From: Eledone cirrhosa
Lineage: Eukaryota
Length of the DNA stretch: 64,000 nucleotides
Reading direction: 5' to 3'
Assembly: GCA_964016885.1 (NCBI GenBank)
Contig: OZ024748.1
Span: 8,804,001-8,868,000 of the forward strand
Below, piece by piece: positions 31,900-44,362 of the stretch. The translations under genes and the position numbers were made by a program. The notes under the pieces are model-generated. The model was not told where the DNA came from, did no database searches, and was given only the letters and a program-made list of their open reading frames with translations. How positions within the stretch are numbered: position 1 is the first letter of the stretch; each line of letters starts with the position of its first letter.

Positions 31900-32115
31900 G
31901 GCGGCAGATTGTTAGTATCGGTAGAGCGCCGGACAACATGCTTGGCTGTATAGAGTTAGGGCCCTTTACGTTTTGAGTTCAAATCCTGCTGAGGTTATCT
32001 TTGCCTTTCATCATTAATGGGGTCGATAAAATAAAGTACCAGACACAAACTGGAGTCGATTTAATCGATTTTCCCCTCACCCCAAAATCGTTGACATTTT
32101 TCTTATTTTCCTAAT
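31900..32115 (+). mobile_element. SINE family A, older and longer variant
   Basis: GAGTTCAAATCC B-box and CTTTGCCTTTCATC..GGGGTCGATAAAATAAAGTACCAG core. Confidence 0.75.
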
Positions 32116-32130
32116 ATATATATATATTTC

Positions 32131-32390
32131 TAGGGCGGGTAAAATTCCCGAGATCCATGAACGAGTTCTCTCCAGCGGTCTCTGTCCCTCATTATCGCTG
32201 CCATGTCCTGCGTCTCTAACAGGCCAGTGTCTGTCCTTAGGGCACAACATACGTTAACCTTGATCTTCCTCTTCCAGTGTGTCCATGTAGGGGCTCGCAT
32301 AGGAGCACTGAGTGCAATGTCAACTCTGGATGTTGGTGAGCATGTCCAGCTAACCTCAATCTCCTCTGTGTCACTTTTGAGCTGACTTTC
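32131..32390 (-). mobile_element. 3' fragment of a second RTE-clade LINE
   Basis: Homologous to 46052-46300; encodes a degenerate ..RLAGHAHQHPEL..AIMRDRDRWRELVHG region. Confidence 0.8.
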
Positions 32391-32680
32391 GTACTCATAT
32401 TTTTTTATATATATATATATATAAGTGTAGACATATGCGTTTGGGTGTATGTATGTATATGCGTGTGTATATATGTGTGTGTTGAGTGTGGTGTATGATG
32501 TAAAATAATGTATATTTGTAGAGATTCATGTGATAGCTTACATTGTTCAATCCTGCTATTGGTAACTATTCAGGGTTTAATGTGTTAAATATTTAATTAA
32601 TATTCCATCTGAAATGTTAACATTGTTTCATCGTCAGAATTAACAAGATGAACATTAAGCGAGCAGAGTTTTACAGTTAG

Positions 32681-35377
32681 GGGCTGCCAGACGAACTTAA
32701 GGATAGGTTTTACGAGTCCCTAATGCACACTACTGCTCTAACAGATGACAATGACTTCCTAATCATCGCAGGAGATTTTAACGGACACGTAGGTAAACAC
32801 TGCGACGGCTTCAATAGAGTACATGGAGGCCATGGAGTTGGCACAAGGAATGAGGAAGGATTCAGACTTCTAGAATTCTGCGACGCCAATGACATGTCGA
32901 TATGTAACACGAACTTTAAAAAACCCGACAACCACCTGATCACCTATAGATCAGGGGAGCACTCTACTCAGTTAGATTTTATCCTCATCAGAGGACGTGA
33001 CAGATGGACGGTCGTAAACACAAAAGCCTTCCCTAGTGAGGAATGTACATCCCAACATAGCTTAGTTGCCAGCGACCTCACGGTCAGAACTAGACGAGCC
33101 CTGAAACAGAGGCCAACCTGGAGAAGAAAGATCTGGAAGCTGAAAGTCCCCTCAACCAGTAACAGATTTAAAGATATTTTACTCAACGCCTACGACAGTA
33201 AAGAAGAACAGATAGAGACATTTAATGTAGAAGAGAACTGGGAGTTCCTAAAAAATAATTTACTAGAGGCGACGGACGAGGTCTGTGGCTGGAGTAAGAC
33301 CTCAAGCAGGAGGAGAGTGACTTGGTGGTGGAAAAATAAGGTAGATGAAGCAGTCAAGGCCAAGAGACAGGCATGGAAAGAATGGAAGAACGGGGGGAGC
33401 AGGGTACATTACATAGAGACCAAGAGGGAAGCTAGGCGACAAGTATACTTAGCTAGGAGGGAAGCAGAGGATAGAAAATTCAAGCATGTTTTACAACGTG
33501 AGGACCAGAAACAGGAGGTATTCAAGATTGCGAGGCAGTGTGTCAGAGATAGTTGTGATGTCATTGGAGAGTAGTGTATCCGGAATGATAAAGGTGAGCT
33601 TGCCCTCACAAGTGCTGAGAAGAAAGATGCATGGAAGAGTCATTATGATAGATTACTAAATGAGGAGAATGCATGGGAAGAAGAGACCCTACCCCAAGTA
33701 GACCCTATAGAGGGACCAGCAGTACAAGTCAGCGGCAGCGTAGTAAGTAAGGCAATCAGAGATATGAAGATGGGGAAGGCAACCGGTCCATCGGGGATAG
33801 CTGCCGAGATGCTGAAGGCATCTGGGTCTGTAGGTCACACTATAACCACACGTATCGTTAACCAGGTAGTACTAGAAGGGGCCATACCAAAAGATTGGTG
33901 CAGTAGCATCATTGTCAACTGCTACAAAGGTAAAGGCGATGCACTAGATAGAGGAAACTATAGAGGTATAAAGTTGATGGACCAGGTCATGAAAGTAACA
34001 GAAAGAGTTATAGCACAGCTGATTAGGGACGAGATGCAATTTGGGTTTGTACCAGGAAGAGGCACCACTGATGCCCTCTTCCTTGTGAGGCAATTACAGG
34101 AAAAGTACCTAGCTAAAAGTAAGCCACTCTACTTGGCATTTGTCGACCTTGAGAAAGCCTTTGACAGAGTTCCACGTGCGGTAATCTGGTGGGCTCTTAG
34201 AAAACTAGGAGTAGATGAATGGCTTGTGAAAGCGGTACAAGCCATGTATAGGGGAGCAGTCAGCAAAGTTAGGATTAGCAATGAGTATAGCGAGGAATTT
34301 AGCGTACAGGTTGGGGTCCACCAGGGCTCTGTTCTTAGCCCTCTCCTGTTCATCATAGTCCTGCAAGCAATAACGGAGGAGTTTAAGACCGGATGCCCAT
34401 GGGAACTCCTGAATGCTGATGACCTCGCACTCATAGCTGAATCTATGGTAGAACTAGAGAATAAATTCCAAACCTGGAAGCAGGGACTAGAAAGAAAGGG
34501 TCTCAAAGTCAACATGACAAAGACTAAGGTCCTTGTAAGTAGACGAGAAAACAGAACCCAGATCCCCTCAGGGAAATGGCCTTGCTCAGTATGTAGGAAA
34601 GGTGTAGGTAGGAACTCCATTCTCTGCCCCAAATGCAAACAATGGGTACACAAGAGATGTAGCGGGATCTCAGGAAGCTTAATTAAGAATGTAGGATTCA
34701 CATGCAGCAGCTGTGCTGAAACAGCAAGCAGCAAACAGCCACAGGAAACAAGTACCACCAATCTCTGGGAGGGCCCTGTAGAAACAGTAGACAGCTTCTG
34801 TTACCTAGGTGACCGAATTAGCAACGGAGGTGGGTGTTCAGAAAGTACAATAACTAGGGTAAGAACGGGATGGAAGAAGTTTAGGGAATTACTACCACTG
34901 CTAGCTGCAAAAGGCTTCTCCCTCAGAATGAAAGGCAGACTGTATGATGCGTGTATCCGAACAGCGATGTTGCATGGTAGTGAGACCTGGGCGCTGAAGG
35001 TGGAAGACTTACGTAGATTAGAGAGAAACGAAGCCTGCATGCTCCGATGGATGTGTAACAGTAATATACGTGAACGACAAAGCATAAATGAATTGAGAGA
35101 GAGACTGAGCATAAGAGGAATCAAATGCTGTGTGCAGGAGAGGCGGTTGCGCTGGTATGGACATGTGATGCGTATGAAGGATGACAGCTGCATAAAAAGG
35201 TGCAGAGCACTAGAAGTTGATGGAAACCGCGGAGTGGGGAGACCCAAGATGACCTGGGATGAGGTGATAAAAGCCGACCTTACCCAACTACACCTCTCAA
35301 AGACAATGACACACGACCGTGACTTCTGGCGTCACGCAGTAATACAGAGTACCCGACCTCCCATGGGTACATGCTGA
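32681..35377 (+). pseudogene. RTE ORF (endonuclease-reverse transcriptase), single frame interrupted by one TAG
   Basis: ORFs 32723-33574 and 33764-35377 are in the same frame; only the TAG at 33572-33574 separates them. YADD appears as NADD. Confidence 0.92.
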
Positions 35378-35674
35378 AACATATAAACAATATGCCCCCA
35401 CACACCCCCACCGCAAGGTGGTCGTGGAGGTGCCACGGCAAAAAAGCACCCAGCCCACACTGTAAAGTGGACGTGTAGGCGCCACGAAAAAGCACCCAGC
35501 ACTCACTGTAAATGAGGTTGGTGTTAGGAAGGGCATCCAGCTGTAGAAATCAAGCCAGATCAGTTCCTGTATGAGCAAGGCATGGTCAGCCGACCAGACA
35601 CTGCACACAACAGGACAACCCGTCTAACCCATGCTAGCGTGGAAGAACGGACGTAAAACGGTGATGATGATGAT
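32681..35674 (+). mobile_element. 5'-truncated RTE-clade non-LTR retrotransposon with 3' UTR and (GAT)n tail
   Basis: APE motifs (IIAGDFNGHVG, NTNFKK, QLDFIL, SQHSLV), RT (KATGPSGI, NYRGIKL, QFGF, FVDLEKAFDRVPR, GVHQGSVLSPLLF, NADD), PHD-like finger, RTE C-terminus (RLRWYGHV, GRPKMTW). Ends GTGATGATGATGAT. Confidence 0.96.
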
Positions 35675-36477
35675 TAAAACCAGAATATAGGTATAACGTA
35701 TGTACTTATCATTCTTCTGTTATAGACCATTAATCACATTTATTCAATATTCCCAGTCTATTTATCATCTAAACATCTTTTACAACACTGAACATACCCC
35801 CCCCCCCCCCACAATGTATTTTCCCCACTCAACTTACTAACATTATAACATTACAATATATTATGAACTCAAACTCTAACTACGATCATTTTAAATTTGT
35901 TTAAAGTGAAATGGCAGCTGAGATTTTTAGCTTTCTCTAATATTTGTTCGAAGAAATGAACAACATTTTTGACGGGATTTTTTAAAATTATCGTTTTATT
36001 ATATACTTTTTACAATCTTTTATTCCATTAAATATTACATTTGTTTTAGTTTAGCCCAAATTCAGCCCTTATTATGTGTACCTAAGTCTGAAATAATTTC
36101 AACTATAGTATTGTTTTTTATTTTTTGTACTCGTATTTTTAAGGGGTTTTTGCTGCTATAATTGGTACATCAACCAACAATATAGAATATTACTCCTACA
36201 TGTATATAGGGTCTCCTTTACATCTTATCTCTGTTACTCTCAACCTCTCCTCTATTTAAACAACATCTTATTAACTATCTCTAATTTTATTCCATCTTAC
36301 ATTCATTCCTTATTCCACTTCAGCCTCAATCTGTTCTTCCTTTCTATTTATTTTCTTTCTATTTTTCTGGCTGTCGCTTCTTCAAGTTCTACGTTTCTTT
36401 ATACTCTTCTTCTATCAATCCCATTCTCTAATTCCTCTTCCACCTTTACCTATTTCAATTTCATTTTATTTTTTTAC

Positions 36478-36533
<56 letters not shown>

Positions 36534-37915
36534 CAAACATAATTTTTCGTATTCCCTCACGTTTTCTACGGTCATTTCATTCAATTCTCCTCATTCCTTC
36601 TGAAATTATCCCCCCCCCCCCCTCAACAACATTCATATTATTAACACTTTCTACAGTTTCTTTAAATGTTCATACTTCCCTCTCTCTCAGACTTCAATTA
36701 TTATCCTAAGCTGTCAAAATTCTTTTACCATCCTCAAAATATTTCCCTCCTTTCCCTCCATTTCCTATATTCCTTTCCCCTATTCCCCTCTGTTTATTTT
36801 ATTTACCTCAATGGATGTCTCTCTACTCATCATTCGTCTAATCCCCCCCCCCCCCCATCTCTACCCACACTCTATTCCCATACATGCTATTATTCCTTTA
36901 TTTATTGTCTTAACATATCCAACTTTAAACTGCTCGCCTCTTCCTGTTTTATTTTTAGATTTATGCTTCAAAACCTGGGACTTATTTCTACCTGTGTATA
37001 TAGTATCATAAACATAAGTAGAAATTTACTAATATACAGAATAAAACTCATACATATCTATATACGCCTACATATATACTTTTAACTAAATTAAAGATGT
37101 ACTTATACTCATCAAGTATAAATATACACAGATATGTGTATATTTAATATCTTTTAATGCTCTGGTACTTTTAGAACCCACACTATTTGGATCATGTTCT
37201 AATATCACCCCATTCCATTTTCCCGTTGTTTTTCTCGTTCCATTTATGATATATATATTTATAATTATATTATTACATTCTTTCACTCAGACACTGTCTG
37301 CATATTGGAACCTTTCCCAGTTTTATCTGAAAGTTCTGTCCATCCCCTCTAACACACAGTGTTTTATTACAGATCAGGGAAGGGATACATATATAATCTA
37401 GCATGTGTACTTTAATCCTGTAAAAAAAAAAATTGCATTTTCAAATGCAAAATAAATTCAAGAAAATATGAATTTCAATCATGTAAATTGCGAATTACTA
37501 ATCCCATAACGAAATGGGGAAAGAAGTAGCAGGCTGCCATATTTATTCATATCTTCTCTTTCACAATTAATATTTTCTGAAATTTTTCTTAAATTTCTGA
37601 TTCATATTTAAAGAATGCAATATTTGTTCGATGGATAGCATTAATTTACATAAGTAACCGGAAGTTTATTGATAAAAGTTTAGAAAGCATCTTTCAGTCA
37701 CTTATCTAAGTTATTTAGTGTAAGTATTAGATATGTGAAGGTATTGTGAAAAATATATAACCAATCATATATTTCGTGTTTGTTCAATCAAAAATAGCAA
37801 CCAACCATTCCTTTCCTTAGTAGCTTTAATTGTTGAAAAGTTAAAATAGAAATTTAAAGCATTGACAAGGAAATTACATTGCATTGATTAGAATTGGTGT
37901 CATCACCTTTTACAG

Positions 37916-38035
37916 CGGTCAACATGGACAGTTTTGAGAGAATACTGTGTATATCCTTAGGCTTCTTCCTATTGAAAGTTATGTTCAGTTGTGTCACATT
38001 GTGAATAATATTGTGTTGAAACAAACAATTAAAAA

Positions 38036-38119
<84 letters not shown>

Positions 38120-39595
38120 CAGTTGATTGGCGAAAAAACACTTAGAAACTGAAGAATGTTTCTCTTTGTATCAGATTAAAATAAAATTAAATTTCAACGA
38201 AATTGAATTAGATAGAAGCGAAATAACATAGATTAGAAGACAAAGAGTATTGTGGAGAGTGAAAACAAAGAATGTAACCAAGTGATATAGCCATTGTGAT
38301 CAACAAAGAATAGAAACTGAGCAATGGTCGCTATCCATAGTAAACAAAGAAGAATGTAAATACAAGACCAATTTCATCCTTTGTAAACAAAGAAGATACA
38401 TGGAAGATATTTTCATCACAAGAACGTATCAACGAAATAAATGTATTCAAAATAGAAAATAAGAACATCTCTAAAGACTACATACTGTATGGGGATGGAC
38501 TGAACGCCGATAAAATATCATTTAAATGTACACAAACATTAACAAAGAGGTTGAGGAAAATGATATAATTATTTTCTTTATTTCCAAACAAATCTTTATT
38601 AAACTTCAATGTCTTCAGGTCTTGTCTATACAACTTCATTACGCTTTCACTTCATTGACCTCCGATGAAATATTCCTTAAAAACGCGTTGATTCTAATGA
38701 AATCTACTTCACCACTCCTCACCTCCTTTTGTCTATTCCCGCCTCTCATTCATTCTCAAAGATACTTGTTAGTTTAAAACTTCTATGACTAATGAAAGGC
38801 CAACGCTTCGAGGGACATCAAAAGGAAAGCAAGCTTTATAACAGTGGAAATAACATGAACAACGTGTTTAAAAACATGTGTTGTTTTAATCTTTATAACA
38901 ATCAGTAGTCATCAATTTTAAGGTGAATGCTGTGTTTTGTAGTAAGTATACACATTATCGATTACCGGCATTGTACACAAATTCATGCATACATATACAC
39001 AGATTCATTCATATACATACATTCATGCATGCATTCATTCATACATACATACATATACACTCATTCATACATATATACATACACATACACACAGTCTTTC
39101 CTTTATAGTTACGTAGAAATTGTCATACACTGAAGAACATAAAACAATATGAGAAGATATGGCACCATTTCTGGCAACAAATAACTGTGCTTAGTTCTTA
39201 GAATATTTCTAACGCCATACTTCAATTATTTCACATTTCCGACATTTCTTAGTTTTTCACAACATTCTACTTCCGCCCAATAAAACGCCGTTTTTGTTTC
39301 TTTTATACATTGTGTATTTCTATAAACTTGGTTTATCACCTGCTTTGAACGTATAATACAGAGTTAACCCCTTTGATCTCCTTCAATGGCGGACATGTTT
39401 TTCTCCATACAACTCCATTACATTTCATCTAAAGACCTTAATGTAATGATTTGTCTGCAGAGATCAATCCTTATTAACTTGCAATTCAAAGTACCATTCT
39501 AATATCAGTAAACACAGAGTTGAATAAAGGTCTGAAACTAAAATTAGACGGAATGGTGGAATATATTTTTGCTGCTATTGGAGTTTAGTATGTGT

Positions 39596-39652
<57 letters not shown>

Positions 39653-42600
39653 ATAGATGGATGTACGTATTATGTATTTGTATGTGCGCGCATACACACA
39701 CACATATATATCTGTGTGTGTAAGGCATACACCAATAAACAAATTTACAGATTAATCGACCTTATCTTATCGGCCGATACTTATTCATCGGCCGCCGATT
39801 ACCTATAATTTAAGCATGTATTGTGATATTTTCTTCAATTTTTTTCCGGTTCGATAACTTATTTATGGAAGACTCGTGATTCCCAGTCCTCAAACACACC
39901 TTCCTGAAAGTTCTATCGGAAGCAACCGTCCCCTAAAGATGTCTATATATCCACAAGCAAGACCAATGGAGCCCATGGATGTTATGTGGGTTTGCCTCTG
40001 GGTATTCTGTCGCTGCTGGCGAGACTGTCCAGAGAAGTTTTTCAATGGCCATTCTAACCACAAGTCTGGAATTGTTCTGAATCTTTCCATTCTGGGTTGA
40101 AATCACGACGAGTTTAACTTAAATTTTATTCTTCCATGATCAATATAAAAAAACACCCAGTGAATTATTAAGATAATATAACCCCCCCCCCCTACACACA
40201 CACACACGCACAAATTGCTGGCCTTGTGCCTTAATTAGAAACCTTATTTATAACATATATGCCATTATTCATTATAATATTATTGACAAGATAGAAACTT
40301 AGCCCCCAAAATATGACGAACGAGGTTCGAACCATATGCCACACAATTGGAAGATTTATTTTCAGTTTTCCTACTTCGGTATTTTCGGTATTTTCAATAA
40401 CCAGCAGAATTATGTATTTCTTTCTCTCTTAGTCTGTCCTTTACATTATTATTTTTAAAAATATTGTATCATAGCATTCTACAGACGTCAGATGTAAATT
40501 AGATTAAAAAAAAATTGATAATAATATAAAACTGTAAATTACATGAAAAACACGATTGTAATATTTTTCTTTTGTTTGCTGTTGAACTTTAAGATTGATG
40601 ATATCATATCCTTGTTTTACTTTATCTCTACGTAAAAAAAATACTATATTTTCATTGTTATTTGTTAACTCTATTATTTGGAATTATTCTGAATAAAACT
40701 ACAACTCATTCTGATAAAGAGAAGAAGAAGAAAAAACTGAATAAAAGATTGCAAATGATTAAATATTAAACAATTTTCAATCAGATGAACCATTCCAGCT
40801 GGATGACAGCTGAGAAAATATTCAGTTTACATGAATCTTTAGAGATCTGATAGGCAGAGAGGATAGTGTCTAGGACAGGTTTCCTCTGTACATACGAAGA
40901 GTCAGGCGGTCTGAGAATATGTGTACTGGTTAGTTTTCTGAAGACATAAGCAATTCTTTAAACATGTATAACGTGACAGAAAAACAGATTAAAAAATTAT
41001 TGCCAGCCAATATGGCGATCAAACGTCTGCCTCTTACTAAGAACCTTATCAACAGCAATGGTGGTTTTTCTTTTTCGTTTTCTTTTCTTTATTTGTTTGT
41101 TTGTTTTCGTTAGATCATGGCACCGTCATTGATGCATTATTATGTATCAATAATGCAGAAGTATTGTATTTTACTCTGCAAAAATCAAACGAAGCTTGCA
41201 AATTTGATTCCACTCTGTCTTTTTGAAAAATTACTTTATATTTGTAGTACATTAATAATGTGTCACAGTATTGGTAAATATAGTTGATTTCTAGGGAGGA
41301 GGTCACTTGTGAAATGATTAACATTGTTTAATATACCATTATTCATAACTTACAGCCGTTTTCTCTCCGATTCTAAATATTATCTGTAAATAAGAGAGCT
41401 TTTAATTACTTTAAGTAATGTCATTTAGAATTCAGATTAAAAAAATGTTATTGCTTTTAAAACCAATCAATTAAGGCAAATTTCCATAATTCAGAAAAAC
41501 GGTTTATGGTTTATGTATCGAAATAAACGCGAAGCTGTATATACAATTCAGAAAACATTATATCACATAATAAATAAACCCATGAACTTTGTCACTGTTT
41601 AATTTATGAAGAGGCCTGAGAGAACACAGCTCTGGTCAAAGGCAATCAAACCCTGGTCATCCGTTCGACTTAGACAACATATCCATTATTTGTTTCTCTT
41701 TAAAAGATAATGAGCTGTATATTAAAGGGAATGTAATTTCTATTCCATGTAGGCCTAGCATCCACGTAAACTGACCTCTCGAGAAAATGATGTCGGTATA
41801 GACATGTCAGATTCACAGATACGTATCATAGCAACCGAGATTTAGCACCTTTAACATCTTTTATTAGTTATTTTGGTTTAAAATATATCTATCCATTAAT
41901 ATAATTATTGGATTTGTACTACGTTTAGGTTAAGAATCTTAGAATTCAGTTCCGCAAGTCAGTTTGAATTTTAAACGGTCGTATTTTTATGGCAAATAAT
42001 TCGAATGTACTTCTATTTGGAGTTCTTCTGAATATTATGAAGGAATAGAGTACAAAGTCTTTGCAATAAATGTAACAAAGACATACATATAGGAAATATA
42101 TAAATAAATAATATATTTATCAAGTATTATATTTAATTGCGCATCTGTACGAATAAATTACTGGTACTTAAGTCTTTCAAATAGAAGCAAACCCCCCAAT
42201 TTTACATATCAAAGTTAGCTTGGCGCAAGTAATTGGAATTGAATAGTTATACATATTAAAAAATTCTAACCATCCCAAAACTAAAAAACCCAGCTGAGGG
42301 CACAAATAAATTGCTACAGCCGTGGCTGGTAGGGCTGAGGTACTGCTCCCTTTGCCTCCCATTAAATCCAGCCCTGCATGTAATGAACAACGGTGACAGT
42401 ACAAACCAGTCGATGAAAGGTTGTCACCCCTCCTTTCACCATTCGTCTGTCTGGTCTCTCTGAAGTGCAGAATCCAGGTATATGACCTCTGCTACCTCAT
42501 GATCCTAGCAGAGAGAATTGAGAAGGCCTTATCCTAGAGAATAGACAGTTATATCTACACTAAGTCCAAACTGGACACTCCTAAATCTATACGTCTGAAT

Positions 42601-42952
42601 GGTGAGATATTATTTCATAAAATAAAAACTGCGAAGTGTGTTGAAGTAAAACATAAACTGTGTATAAATAAAATTATTTTGAATGGCGAATGTTTTGCTG
42701 ATGTAGAATTCTAAGTATATATTTTGTTTAGTCAAATCAAATTAATGACGTATTTGTGTGAAATTTAAAAAAAATCTCACAATATGAAAAAAATTCATTT
42801 GAGAACCTTACCAGGTGTGTTTCAGCAGTCTAAACATTATTGGGAAGGCATTTAGCACAAGATAAACACAGAAAGAAACAGATTTCTTTCTGTATATTTC
42901 TCTCTTCTTCTCATTCTCTCTCCTCCGCCCGCTTTACACTCATTTATACACA

Positions 42953-42993
<41 letters not shown>

Positions 42994-43175
42994 AGATCAA
43001 AAGATGGTTAAAGGAGTTCAATATATTTTATTATGCGCATTTCAAAAACAAACATCATCAAACAATAATATTTGTGTTTTCATCAGATAAAACAGGAGAA
43101 CATGATATGAAGGCTAAAAAAACACTTGTTGATAGTGCAGTTTTAAATCAACATATGAAAAGTGGTTTTAGATTG
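37916..43175 (+). pseudogene. Candidate multi-exon pseudogene of a secreted reprolysin/M12B-like metalloprotease
   Basis: Candidate exons: 37916-37977 (MDSFERILCISLGFFLLK), 38175-38549 (prodomain-like), 40785-40928 (ends IRRVRRSENMCT, furin-type site), 41114-41273 (DHGTVIDALLCIN...KITLYL*YINNVSQY), 41356-41414 (RFLSDSKYYL*IRELLITL), 43087-~43175 (KTLVDSAVLNQHMK). AG/GT ends and phases chain from the third to the sixth exon. Many in-frame stops. Confidence 0.35.
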
Positions 43176-44219
43176 ATGTGTGATATTGGGAAAAATATTT
43201 TATTTAGAGAGGGGGGGAGAGAAAAGGATGAAAAGGGAAGGAGATGAGAGGGAGAGATGGGTGATAGAGAGAAAGAGATAGTTTTTATAACTGAGAGGAG
43301 ATATATTTTATATAGAGGGGTTGAAAACCGTTGGAAGATACTGTATAAATTAAAAATTTTGAAAATTAACGAAGGGAGGATATGTGCGAGGAAAAAATAT
43401 ATTATATTTAGGGAGGGGTGGGGGTGGAAAGGATGAAAAAAAGGGGAGGAGATGAGAGTGAAGGTGGAAAGGGAGAGATGGGTGATAGAGAGAAAGAGAT
43501 AGTTTTTATAACTGAGAAAAAGATATAGAGAGGTTGGGAACCGTTGGAAGATAATGTATAAATTAAAGGAATTTCCCTTCGTTATTTTTTTCTCTCTATC
43601 TCCATACATAATTTCCCTTCGTTAATTTTCAAATTCCTTTAATTTATACATTATCTTCCAACGGTTCCCAACCTCTCTATATCTTTTTCTCAGTTATAAA
43701 AACTATCTCTTTCTCTCTATCACCCATCTCTCCCTTTCCACCTTCACTCTCATCTCCTCCCCTTTTTTTCATCCTTTCCACCCCCACCCCTCCCTAAATA
43801 TAATATATTTTTTCCTCGCACATATCCTCCCTTCGTTAATTTTCAAAATTTTTAATTTATACAGTATCTTCCAACGGTTTTCAACCCCTCTATATAAAAT
43901 ATATCTCCTCTCAGTTATAAAAACTATCTCTTTCTCTCTATCACCCATCTCTCCCTCTCATCTCCTTCCCTTTTCATCCTTTTCTCTCCCCCCCTCTCTA
44001 AATAAAATATTTTTCCCAATATCACACATCAATCTAAAACCACTTTTCATATGTTGATTTAAAACTGCACTATCAACAAGTGTTTTTTTAGCCTTCATAT
44101 CATGTTCTCCTGTTTTATCTGATGAAAACACAAATATTATTGTTTGATGATGTTTGTTTTTGAAATGCGCATAATAAAATATATTGAACTCCTTTAACCA
44201 TCTTTTGATCTTATATTAT
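42986..44219. repeat. Fold-back inverted duplication, 589-bp arms, 56-bp spacer
   Basis: 42986-43574 is the reverse complement of 43631-44219; no mismatch seen by eye. Confidence 0.95.
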
Positions 44220-44302
44220 GCATACTCCAGTCCCACATACTGTAGAGTGCTTCTTATCCGATATCTGCATTGCTTTATTGTACTACAATAAAACTCACCT
44301 CC

Positions 44303-44362
<60 letters not shown>

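Noticed and set aside
40785-41414. Rescue of the in-frame stops by A-to-I editing to Trp
   Set aside because: Six stops in three short exons plus a frameshift upstream; pseudogenisation or chance is far simpler.
41578-41600. THELCHCL as the zinc-binding HExxH of the candidate metalloprotease
   Set aside because: It lies too early in the exon order, is preceded by an in-frame stop and lacks the GxxH third ligand; probably chance.
42420-42540. LSPLL-containing segment as a host exon
   Set aside because: Contains a stop and looks more like a highly decayed RT fragment; too weak to annotate.
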